IMG/VR virus record: IMGVR_UViG_3300033145_000274
Location: 61,080-125,079 of that record
From: a virus
Length of the DNA stretch: 64,000 nt
Strand: one strand, 5' to 3'
In this document: positions 26,630-34,663 of the stretch, piece by piece
Layout of the letters: the number at the start of each line of letters is the position of its first letter
How positions within the stretch are numbered: position 1 is the first letter of the stretch
Notes under the pieces: generated by a model
Told to the model about the DNA's origin: nothing
Seen by the model: the letters and a program-made list of their open reading frames with translations, nothing else
The model's database searches: none
Made by a program: the position numbers and the translations under genes

Positions 26630-26761
26630 GGCGAATGTAATAAGACTTACATGTCCCGTTGTATGTTGCGAGTTCAAATCTCGTCCGTGCCGCTTTGTGG
26701 TGCGGTAGCTCAATTGGCAGAGCGACGACCCTAAAAAACGGTCTTATGTTGTTAGTCGCCA
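26630..26761 (+). ncRNA. YrlA-type Y RNA 4 (circularly permuted tRNA mimic)
   Basis: GGCGAATG 5' motif; T arm GCGAG-TTCAAAT-CTCGT, closed acceptor CCGTGCCGC-TTT-GTGGTGCGG, D arm TAGCTCAATTGGCAGAGC; GGCGA/TCGCC closure. Confidence 0.9.
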
Positions 26762-26796
26762 TTTAATTTGTTAAGGTGAGTAAAGGAAATAGGAAA

Positions 26797-27156
26797 ATGA
26801 AAACTTTTGGATTGGTAATTGGTGGACTGGTTTCTTTTGTTGGATTGGTTATTCTCTTGGGCGCATTGGGCCTCGGGGGAAGATGGGTCAACATGAAAGT
26901 CGAAGCCTGGTTTGCACCACGAGAGCAGAACATTCAACGTGAGGTCTTCGAGAATACGAAGTCATATAACGAAGCCAAGGAACAAGAGCTTGTTAAGCAC
27001 AAGTTTGAGTGGGAAAAAGCAAAGGGAAAAGATGACGTTGGCACTATGAAAGCTGTTGAGTCTGCCGTGCGTCATAAGTTTGCGGATTACGAGGATAATC
27101 GTTTGTCTCCTGAACTTCAGGAGTTTGTTCGTCACTGTAAATATGGAGGATTGTAA
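26797..27156 (+). CDS. membrane-anchored hypothetical protein
   Basis: N-terminal TM; RBS aggaaa. Confidence 0.7.
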   Translation: MKTFGLVIGGLVSFVGLVILLGALGLGGRWVNMKVEAWFAPREQNIQREVFENTKSYNEAKEQELVKHKFEWEKAKGKDDVGTMKAVESAVRHKFADYEDNRLSPELQEFVRHCKYGGL

Positions 27157-27158
27157 GG

Positions 27159-27722
27159 ATGAAGTGTGTACTGGATAACCTATTTCGATTGGTGGTACTA
27201 ACCCTGGTAATTGGTTGCCTGAGCGGCTGCGCAGCCGATAAACGACCGGCTCAAGATGCTGACCTGATTCAGCAAAAGGCAACTGCACAGTCGATGGCTG
27301 AAGCCCAACGTCAAATTGGAATGCCAGCTATCAAAAACTTCCAAGAAAAGAAATTGGCAAAGATGATTTTCGAGTTGCGTGACCAGGAGGACTACATATG
27401 TCATGCATACCTGATGAATCAGATGACTGGTAACATTGGTCAGTACCTTGGCAAATGCCTGGGTTATGGCTTGCCGTACTCAGTACAGTTTACAAACCCG
27501 GAAAAACCCGAGTTTGTTGACGGTGGTCAGTATGGAGCAATCAATCCATATACATTGCCACAAGCTGACCCCAATGGCTTGTTCATGCCTTCCGGCCTGA
27601 GTGCCACGTGGATTATGTTGTATGACAAGGAAAAAGAGGACTTTCGACCCGTTTATGTCGAGCCTTTAATCATTGTTAGTCCCTTCCCATTGGAAACTGG
27701 TATGTCAATGGAACCTACGTAA
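27159..27722 (+). CDS. putative lipoprotein
   Basis: lipobox LSGC after hydrophobic signal; GYGLPYSVQFTNP, DPNGLF. Confidence 0.75.
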   Translation: MKCVLDNLFRLVVLTLVIGCLSGCAADKRPAQDADLIQQKATAQSMAEAQRQIGMPAIKNFQEKKLAKMIFELRDQEDYICHAYLMNQMTGNIGQYLGKCLGYGLPYSVQFTNPEKPEFVDGGQYGAINPYTLPQADPNGLFMPSGLSATWIMLYDKEKEDFRPVYVEPLIIVSPFPLETGMSMEPT

Positions 27723-27723
27723 T

Positions 27724-27797
27724 GGGCGCTTAGCTCAGGGGTTTAGAGCATCACGTTGACATCGTGAAAGTCGCTGGTTCGATTCCAGTAGTGCCCA
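27724..27797 (+). tRNA. tRNA-Val(GAC)
   Basis: TCACG-TTGACAT-CGTGA. Confidence 0.93.
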
Positions 27798-27964
27798 CTG
27801 TGAATAACCCGACGACCGTTAATCTGAGGGTTCGGTTGAAGCTGGCCTGTTGGACGCAATTAGCCCGACATTACATGTAGTGTCTAAACCAGCCGCAACA
27901 CACGGAGAAGTCTGATATTTTGCTGGCTTTCAAACTCCGTTACCAAAGTCGAAAACCAGCGCGC

Positions 27965-28035
27965 GGGCGTGTAGTATAATGGAAGTGCATCTGGCTTACA
28001 TCCAGAAAGCGGGGGTTCAATTCCCTTCATGCCCA
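27965..28035 (+). tRNA. tRNA-Val(TAC)
   Basis: TCTGG-CTTACAT-CCAGA. Confidence 0.92.
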
Positions 28036-28060
28036 CTAAGCAGGATGCCCACTAAGCAGG
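28029..28060 (+). repeat. 16-bp tandem duplication overlapping tRNA-Val 3' end
   Basis: ATGCCCACTAAGCAGG x2. Confidence 0.9.
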
Positions 28061-28069
28061 AAAGCAAAC

Positions 28070-28285
28070 ATGATTAAATTTACCAGAGCCGAGTGCCTAC
28101 AACGCGAGCGTGACTGTACACACGCGCGTAGTCTCACATGCCTTCCAGGCTCAGGTAGTTATTATTTTTGTGATGATTGTGGTACTTACTTCTCCATGTT
28201 TGACTATCCAAAAACTACTCCGATGCGCATAGGCAAATGGAGTGACCACCTATTGGGGCGTGATAATGCCCGTAGACTTTGGTGA
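28070..28285 (+). CDS. small zinc-binding protein (paralog of 39912-40277)
   Basis: CTH..TCLPGSGSYYFCDDCG. Confidence 0.6.
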   Translation: MIKFTRAECLQRERDCTHARSLTCLPGSGSYYFCDDCGTYFSMFDYPKTTPMRIGKWSDHLLGRDNARRLW

Positions 28286-28530
28286 GAGTGGCCAAAATGA
28301 CAGATGACCCAGTTCAACGCGACGAACGTATCAAAAAGGGCGTGGTGCTGTCCACAGAACGTGGTCAGCTTTACGTAGCACAAGGACGTTATTATAGAAA
28401 GTGTGATGGGACCTCAAATGGCTGGTACGGCATGGGCTTTAATGGGGAGCGTGTGAAGGCCGATGTACCTGAGTTTGTAGCGTCTACCATAAATGCTTAT
28501 ATAACTAGTACATATGGAAGTGAGGATTAG
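28279..28530 (+). CDS. hypothetical protein
   Basis: ORF overlapping neighbours. Confidence 0.5.
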   Translation: MVRVAKMTDDPVQRDERIKKGVVLSTERGQLYVAQGRYYRKCDGTSNGWYGMGFNGERVKADVPEFVASTINAYITSTYGSED

Positions 28531-28964
28531 TGATGTTAAGGACTTTATTGTTTGCGCTAGTATTAACGTTGGGTTTTGCTAACCAATCATTAGCCATCGA
28601 GCCACTGATACTAATGCGCTATGGTGATGCCTACCATGCAATACAAAAGTATAATGTGAATGGTATCTTTGTTTTTACGGCCTCATGGTGTGAGCCGTGC
28701 AAAAAAATGAAGAAGGATACATGGACACCCTTGATGTCACAAATCAAGACCAAGTACATTATTTATTTTGTGGATGTAGAAGCTGAACCAGATATTGTTA
28801 AGAAATGGCAAGCCATGGGTATGGTTCAAAACATACCGGCATACGCCTTGACAACCAGGGGTGGGACGCGCATTATTTCATATGACGCTGGTTACCGCAA
28901 CAAAAGTAACCTAATGAAGTGGGTCAATGATGGTATTCTGTCATTGAAAAAGAGACGACGATAG
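28530..28964 (+). CDS. secreted thioredoxin-like protein
   Basis: signal peptide; FTASWCEPCKKM; NIPAY. Confidence 0.85.
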   Translation: MMLRTLLFALVLTLGFANQSLAIEPLILMRYGDAYHAIQKYNVNGIFVFTASWCEPCKKMKKDTWTPLMSQIKTKYIIYFVDVEAEPDIVKKWQAMGMVQNIPAYALTTRGGTRIISYDAGYRNKSNLMKWVNDGILSLKKRRR

Positions 28965-28967
28965 TAT

Positions 28968-29039
28968 TGTCCTGTAGTGTAATTGGTAGCACGAGACACT
29001 CTGAATGTTTTAGTTTTGGTTCGAGTCCAAACAGGATAG
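28968..29039 (+). tRNA. tRNA-Gln(CTG)
   Basis: AGACA-CTCTGAA-TGTTT. Confidence 0.9.
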
Positions 29040-29045
29040 CTTGCT

Positions 29046-29116
29046 TGCTCTATGGTGTAATGGTAGCACATGTGCTTTTGGCGCACAGAGTCCGAGTTCA
29101 AATCTTGGTGGAGCAT
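29046..29116 (+). tRNA. tRNA-Gln(TTG)
   Basis: TGTGC-TTTTGGC-GCACA. Confidence 0.9.
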
Positions 29117-29190
29117 CTTTAGTCTAACTTAAAAGATTTTGGTTGTCTTGGGTTCGATTTGGTGTATGGTATTATATAGGAGATAATACT

Positions 29191-29919
29191 ATGCGAAAAA
29201 AAACCAGCCCAATCTGGCAAGTGTCCAAGGCAAAGTTGATAACTTATGTCAATGCTAGCAAAACTTTTACTGAGGTGTTGGAAAAATTTGGATTACAATT
29301 GAAGGGCAATAATAACCAAACACTAAAGCAAAGATTACATAAAGACAACATAGACTATGGTCACATAACACCGACACATAAATACGAAGGTGTTCCCATA
29401 GCAGCTAAACCACTTGAGAACATACTGGTTGAAAACTCTCAGTATAATAGATGCCACCTAAAAAACAGACTCATAAAGGAGGGTATTCTACAATATCATT
29501 GTGCTTCGTGTGGGTGTGATACATGGCTTGACAAACCACTAATGTTGCAACTTGACCACATCAATGGCATTAGTAATGACAATAGAATAGAAAACTTACG
29601 ATTATTGTGTCCTAATTGTCATAGTCAAACAAATACCTTTGGTGGTAAGAATAAAAAGACATCCGTGGGTTCTGGTCGTGGTAGATATTTTACAAATAGT
29701 TGCAAAGATTGTGGAACACCCATATTAAACAACTCAACTAGATGTAAAAAATGTGCAGCTAATAATCGAACAGACAATCGCAAGGTTCTGAATAGACCAT
29801 CATTGCAACAACTATTGTTGGATGTAAAACAACTGGGTTATGTCGGTGCTGGAAAAAAATATGGAGTGTCTGACAATTCTATCCGTAAATGGATAAAAAA
29901 ATACCAGACGTTGCCGTAA
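29191..29919 (+). mobile_element. free-standing HNH homing endonuclease
   Basis: CASCG..LQLDHINGISNDNRIENLRLLCPNCHSQT; C-terminal zinc finger and HTH (YGVSDNSIRKW). Confidence 0.9.
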
Positions 29920-30001
29920 TTAGAAGTGGTATCGAATCCTGGAATAAGGTTGGTCTTGCGCTGGCTCGACTCCCTACGTCGCTGCTTTATAGGAGAACCG
30001 T

Positions 30002-30577
30002 ATGCATAACTACACACCGCGTAGATTTTTTAACCACCGTGCTGGTGTACAGTACATTGAGATGCCCAAGGTAGCATCCAATTCTATTCAACAAGCTCTG
30101 CGACATGACGTAAAACCACATAGACCACGGTCCAAACTTGTGTTTACTTTTATTCGACATCCATTAGCCAGGCTAGTATCGGCGTACGTAGAAAAAATAC
30201 AAACTGGTAAGGTTAAATACCTGGTCGGCGCCACAATGGCCAAGGACCTACCACCAAGTATAACATTGGATGCATTTATAGACTTCCTACTAAACTTCTC
30301 ATCACACAAGAAGTATGGCGCGGAACAAATCAACAATCACTTTTGTCCACAGTCATGGATATTGGAACACGAAGTTGATATAGATTTCATTGGACAACTG
30401 GAAAGCATAGATGAAGACTGGCAGATACTTGTTAAACGAGGACTACCGTTCCTATCACATAAACATCCAACTGAAGGTATTCAACATTGGTCGGAAATGT
30501 TAACTTCAGACATGGAGGACCGAGCCAGACATTTTTATCAGGATGACTTTGAACGATGGGCGGGTTGGTGGGATTAA
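30002..30577 (+). CDS. sulfotransferase family 2 protein
   Basis: MPKVASNSI, FTFIRHPLARLVSAY, HFCPQ, DFIGQLE. Confidence 0.85.
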   Translation: MHNYTPRRFFNHRAGVQYIEMPKVASNSIQQALRHDVKPHRPRSKLVFTFIRHPLARLVSAYVEKIQTGKVKYLVGATMAKDLPPSITLDAFIDFLLNFSSHKKYGAEQINNHFCPQSWILEHEVDIDFIGQLESIDEDWQILVKRGLPFLSHKHPTEGIQHWSEMLTSDMEDRARHFYQDDFERWAGWWD

Positions 30578-30581
30578 ATAC

Positions 30582-30650
30582 GGTGCGGGGTCCGGTGACC
30601 GAATGACTCTTATAAGGCCGTTTAGCTGGGTTCAACTCCCAGACGCACTA
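30582..30650 (+). tRNA. tRNA-Ile(TAT), short D arm
   Basis: loop CTTATAA; CTGGG-TTCAACT-CCCAG; 69 nt with mismatches. Confidence 0.65.
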
Positions 30651-30676
30651 CTGACTACAGATAAGCAGGAAAGGCA

Positions 30677-31294
30677 ATGGATATGAATGCACAACCGACA
30701 TTCGAGCAATGGTTCCGTAACGCTCAATATGATTTGGAACATGCCCATGGTGGTGACATAGAACAAATTCGTGCGATTGCGAAGACAGCATACGACCTGG
30801 GTAAAAAAAGCCCAGATTCCCTGGCCCTCCGAGTGTGTAAAACACTTGAGGGATTAGCGATGTTGGAAGAGAAGATAAACTCTTCTTTCCCCCACTGGAG
30901 TGATGTGGTTTATAGGTTTTGTCATATTGCACGCTGTGAGTGTAAGAATCCACATTTAGATTGGATGAAACAGTTTGAAGAGATGGAAGCCGAGATACAT
31001 GAGGCGTGTGCCGCTCCCGCTGATAAGAAAAAAAAACATTATGACAGCATTGAAGTGGGCAAGAAATACTGGATAACATACGACGACCCAGATTATCCAT
31101 GTGATTGTCCATGTCATACGTCTGAAGGGGCTATCAGACATTGTATACCATGTTGTCGTGACAATAGTTACACTGGAGAAGCAGTGTGTGTTCAGAAACG
31201 TGATGACCAACAACTATGTATATTTGAAGACCCAAGAAACTCATTGCATAAGTATGCACTGGACCCATATTCAGTACATGAGATAATAACATGA
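30677..31294 (+). CDS. hypothetical protein with Cys/His clusters
   Basis: CHIARCEC; CDCPCH..HCIPCC. Confidence 0.6.
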   Translation: MDMNAQPTFEQWFRNAQYDLEHAHGGDIEQIRAIAKTAYDLGKKSPDSLALRVCKTLEGLAMLEEKINSSFPHWSDVVYRFCHIARCECKNPHLDWMKQFEEMEAEIHEACAAPADKKKKHYDSIEVGKKYWITYDDPDYPCDCPCHTSEGAIRHCIPCCRDNSYTGEAVCVQKRDDQQLCIFEDPRNSLHKYALDPYSVHEIIT

Positions 31295-31352
31295 AGAATG
31301 GCACACTTCCTTGCTCAAATTGGAATACTTACAGAAGCTATTACATGGGCAA

Positions 31353-31420
31353 GCCGGTGAAGGTGGTCCAAACGACTCACTCGTAATGAATTGTTCCGAG
31401 TTCGATTCTCGGCGCTGGCT
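31353..31420 (+). tRNA. tRNA-Thr(CGT), reduced D arm
   Basis: ACTCA-CTCGTAA-TGAAT; CCGAG-TTCGATT-CTCGG. Confidence 0.7.
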
Positions 31421-31432
31421 CTTTCTGAAAGG

Positions 31433-31678
31433 ATGATTATGATTGTTTGTCGAAGAAAGGAGAGAGAAAACAATGCTTTAATTGTGATTGATGCACGGAC
31501 AACCTCTGAAGCACACGAGGTGTTACGGTCGGTGGGTCTGAACCCTAGTGATTACCTAAGTCCATTCACTGTTATAGCAAGTGTATCAAGATTTGTTACC
31601 CCACAAGGAAACTCGACAGTATGTTGGGCCAGAGAAGTTAAGTCGGATGACCTGCCCAACCCATATGCGGAGTGTTGA
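31433..31678 (+). CDS. hypothetical protein
   Basis: ORF between tRNAs. Confidence 0.45.
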   Translation: MIMIVCRRKERENNALIVIDARTTSEAHEVLRSVGLNPSDYLSPFTVIASVSRFVTPQGNSTVCWAREVKSDDLPNPYAEC

Positions 31679-31681
31679 GAT

Positions 31682-31766
31682 AGAGGAGATTGCAGTTGGC
31701 TTGCAAAGCGCTCTCGAAAAGCGTATCCGGTAAACCCGGACGGGGGTTCAATTCCCTCCTCCTCTG
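31682..31766 (+). tRNA. tRNA-Ser(CGA)
   Basis: GCGCT-CTCGAAA-AGCGT; long variable arm; G73. Confidence 0.9.
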
Positions 31767-31841
31767 CTGCCGTGATTTCTACCAGTGGTAGGTGTCCTGT
31801 AAAGGGCTGCGCAGTCCCAGCCTGGCAAAACTGCGCTATAC

Positions 31842-31921
31842 AGAAGGTATCCGAATGGTTAGGAACCCGCTTGGAAAGCGGGCGGGCGAAAGCCTTGGGG
31901 GTTCGAGTCCCCTGCCTTCTG
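31842..31921 (+). tRNA. tRNA-Ser(GGA)
   Basis: CCCGC-TTGGAAA-GCGGG; G73. Confidence 0.9.
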
Positions 31922-31987
31922 CTGTAAGGGTGTTTTCTTACCGTTCATCCATAAACAAAAACGGTTACTCAAGAATTAAGGCACTAT

Positions 31988-33082
31988 ATGAATGCACAAT
32001 ATACCTGGCCACTCAATGATAATCATTTTTCATTGATAGATAAGCTACAAATTGCCTACTTTATTCTCAATCCAAAAAATAGATGGACAGAGGACAGGCG
32101 CGTACGACAATTAGAGAACGTCTGGGCAGATATTACTGGATATAAGTACGTTGTGGCCACTAACAGTGGCACATCTGCAATAGAATTGATGGCGCGTGTA
32201 TATAGAGAAATGCACGGTGTGGGAACAGTAGCGGTCCCCGCAGTAACATGGCCAACGTCTGTTACTCCATGGATACACGCTGGTTATACGCCTGTGTTTA
32301 TTGACATTGACCTCAAGACCCTGTGCATGTCCGAGACGGACTTAAAAAATAAACTGAATGGTCAGAAAGCAAAAGTCGTCTTTCCAACATCTGTGCTGGG
32401 CTCACACTGTGAGACAGCTACGCTAAAACCCTACGGCACATTGATAGGCGTAGATAATTGTGAGTCAAGCTTTAGTCTCGTAGATTGTCACGAGACATCC
32501 GTCACATCGTTATACTTTGGACATCAATTTACTACCGGCACAGAAGGTGGATTATTATTCACAAACTGCCAGGAAGAATGTAGATTAGCCGTTCATATGC
32601 GCGGACACGGTATGACCAGTTCGTGGGCTAAATATAACAATGAACCGTGTGAAAAATTTAAGTTTGCAGTTATGGGTTCAAACTATCGTAGTAATGACAT
32701 CGCAGCATACATGGGCCTGATGGACATGCGTAAGTTTGAACACAAACAACGACACAGGAATGCTTTGTATAATGTATTCTGTAGAAATATACGTAAGGAA
32801 TACCAGCTATTTAACTTGCGCGGCCCATTTGCTTTGCCAATCATAACTAGTGTAGTTCCACGCGCAAGCCTGATACGCACGGTTGAAGCATTCGGTATCG
32901 AAACTCGCCCCATTATTAGTGGTAATATACTGCGACAACCAGCATTTCAGCAGTATGATAATGGTTCCTGTCCCAATGCAAATTATATACATGACCATGG
33001 TTTTTATGTTGGACTACACGAGGGGGTACCAACGCGAGACATAGTCATGTTAACCGATGTGCTCAACGAAGCATTTTCATAG
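31988..33082 (+). CDS. DegT/DnrJ-family PLP enzyme, ColD-like 3-dehydratase
   Basis: TNSGTSA, DNCES, SLYFGHQFTTGTEGG (His at the usual PLP Lys position), ETRPIISGN. Confidence 0.8.
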   Translation: MNAQYTWPLNDNHFSLIDKLQIAYFILNPKNRWTEDRRVRQLENVWADITGYKYVVATNSGTSAIELMARVYREMHGVGTVAVPAVTWPTSVTPWIHAGYTPVFIDIDLKTLCMSETDLKNKLNGQKAKVVFPTSVLGSHCETATLKPYGTLIGVDNCESSFSLVDCHETSVTSLYFGHQFTTGTEGGLLFTNCQEECRLAVHMRGHGMTSSWAKYNNEPCEKFKFAVMGSNYRSNDIAAYMGLMDMRKFEHKQRHRNALYNVFCRNIRKEYQLFNLRGPFALPIITSVVPRASLIRTVEAFGIETRPIISGNILRQPAFQQYDNGSCPNANYIHDHGFYVGLHEGVPTRDIVMLTDVLNEAFS

Positions 33083-33163
33083 AGGGTCAAGCCAACCGGT
33101 GATGGCACTTGATTTGAAATCAAGCGAGCGCAAGCCTTGAGGGTTCGATTCCCTCACCCTCTG
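33081..33163 (+). tRNA. tRNA-Ser(TGA)
   Basis: CTTGA-TTTGAAA-TCAAG; G73. Confidence 0.92.
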
Positions 33164-33185
33164 CCTTTTATTTAAGGATACACAC

Positions 33186-34097
33186 ATGAACGTATTAGTT
33201 ACAGGACACACTGGTTTCGTTGGAAGAAACCTAATGGAGTATTTGACTCAGCCCACAGATAAAAGTTACCATTTGTGTCAACCCAGCCGACATAATTTGC
33301 TAGACCCGATAGACACGCATCGCATGTTTGCCGAACACCTACCAGACGTTGTGGTTCATCTGGCCGCGCGCGTTGGTGGAATTAAGGACAACATGGAGAA
33401 TCCCGTTGATTTTTTCCTTGATAATATACAAATGGGCATGAATGTATTTAGTGCCTGTCACAAACATAAGGCATACTGTATTTTAGTCGGCACCGTGTGT
33501 AGTTATCCACGTGATTGTCCCATCCCATTTACAGAGATAGACCTGTGGAACGGAGACCCAGAACCTACAAATGGTGCGTACGCCGCAGCCAAGCGTGGAT
33601 TATACAAACTACTCGGGGCATATAACCAACAGCATGGCCTACGGGGCACCATACTACTTCCAACTAATATGTATGGCAAGTACAACAACTTTGACCCAGA
33701 TACTAGCCATGTGATACCAGCAATGATACGTAAGTTCAATGCGGGCACCGATGAAGTGGTTTTGTGGGGCACAGGACAGGCTACACGAGAGTTTCTACAT
33801 GTGACAGATTTTTGTCGTGCAGTATTGCATACCATACACACATGTCCAGATTATCCATTGCCAATGAATATCACTGGTGGTAGTGAAGTTTCCATGATGG
33901 AGTTGGCCTATATGATTGCGGATATAACTGGATTTATTGGTAAAATTAAGTTTGACCCAAGTAAACCCGATGGTCAACCACGTCGCAAGTCTAATGGAAG
34001 ACTTGCTAGAGATATGATACAGTATCAACCTACACACAATCTATATGATGGCATTACAGAACTAAACAAGTGGTATAAATCAGAGGTAAGCGCATGA
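33186..34097 (+). CDS. fcl: GDP-L-fucose synthase/ColC-like epimerase-reductase
   Basis: VTGHTGFVG, HLAARVGGI, YAAAK, PTNMYG, SHVIPAMIRKF, WGTGQATREFLHV, KPDGQPRR. Confidence 0.88.
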   Translation: MNVLVTGHTGFVGRNLMEYLTQPTDKSYHLCQPSRHNLLDPIDTHRMFAEHLPDVVVHLAARVGGIKDNMENPVDFFLDNIQMGMNVFSACHKHKAYCILVGTVCSYPRDCPIPFTEIDLWNGDPEPTNGAYAAAKRGLYKLLGAYNQQHGLRGTILLPTNMYGKYNNFDPDTSHVIPAMIRKFNAGTDEVVLWGTGQATREFLHVTDFCRAVLHTIHTCPDYPLPMNITGGSEVSMMELAYMIADITGFIGKIKFDPSKPDGQPRRKSNGRLARDMIQYQPTHNLYDGITELNKWYKSEVSA

Positions 34098-34291
34098 TAA
34101 CACGTAGACAAGCCATGTTGAGCGGGCTGGGTGCAACCCTAGCGCTGCCGTTTATGGGCATGGGTACGAGTGTTAGCCCAGAGTACCAGAACTTCTTGGG
34201 CGATAATCCGCAAACCTCCGATGTTGAATTGATTGTTGGTCTGGACCTGCGCACTAACGATACCATTGTTGTTAACCATCCCGTACTTTGA
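34094..34291 (+). CDS. small protein with twin-arginine-like signal
   Basis: MITRRQAMLSGLGATLAL. Confidence 0.55.
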   Translation: MITRRQAMLSGLGATLALPFMGMGTSVSPEYQNFLGDNPQTSDVELIVGLDLRTNDTIVVNHPVL

Positions 34292-34299
34292 GACGATAA

Positions 34300-34491
34300 A
34301 TGACACAATGCATTACCGCTATTGAAGGACCGATAGATATAGTACGTCGCTTGAACGACATGGGAGTGTACATTGGTCAAACCATACGTTCAATAGGTCC
34401 TGGATTGTGGCGTGTTGGCAATCAGTTTACATTGGTATATCGTTTACCTGATAGCGTAGTTATTAGTACAGAATGTAGCTCAGCTTGGTAG
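34300..34491 (+). CDS. small FeoA-like protein
   Basis: RRLNDMGVYIGQTI; overlaps tRNA-Pro start. Confidence 0.45.
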   Translation: MTQCITAIEGPIDIVRRLNDMGVYIGQTIRSIGPGLWRVGNQFTLVYRLPDSVVISTECSSAW

Positions 34492-34542
34492 AGCGCCTGG
34501 TCGGGGGCCAGGAGGTCGCTGGTTCAAATCCAGTCATCCTGA
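34469..34542 (+). tRNA. tRNA-Pro(GGG)
   Basis: CCTGG-TCGGGGG-CCAGG; canonical D loop. Confidence 0.9.
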
Positions 34543-34548
34543 CTCAAT

Positions 34549-34639
34549 AGAAGGTAGCCGAATACTGGTTCGTCGGAACTGATTGCTAATCAGTGCCGCA
34601 TCGCAAGGTGCGGTGAGGGTTCGATTCCCTTGCCTTCTG
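34549..34639 (+). tRNA. tRNA-Ser(GCT)
   Basis: ACTGA-TTGCTAA-TCAGT; long variable arm. Confidence 0.9.
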
Positions 34640-34663
34640 CTTATTGAGGGAAAGGTACAGTAT

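Noticed and set aside
29910-29985. Possible tRNA remnant after the HNH gene (GCTCGACTCCC)
   Set aside because: No consistent acceptor, anticodon or T stems could be built
31770-31838. Three-hairpin element between Ser tRNAs, considered as SRP RNA
   Set aside because: It lacks the SRP domain IV CAGG/GGAA/AGCA motif; likely a spacer structure or decayed tRNA
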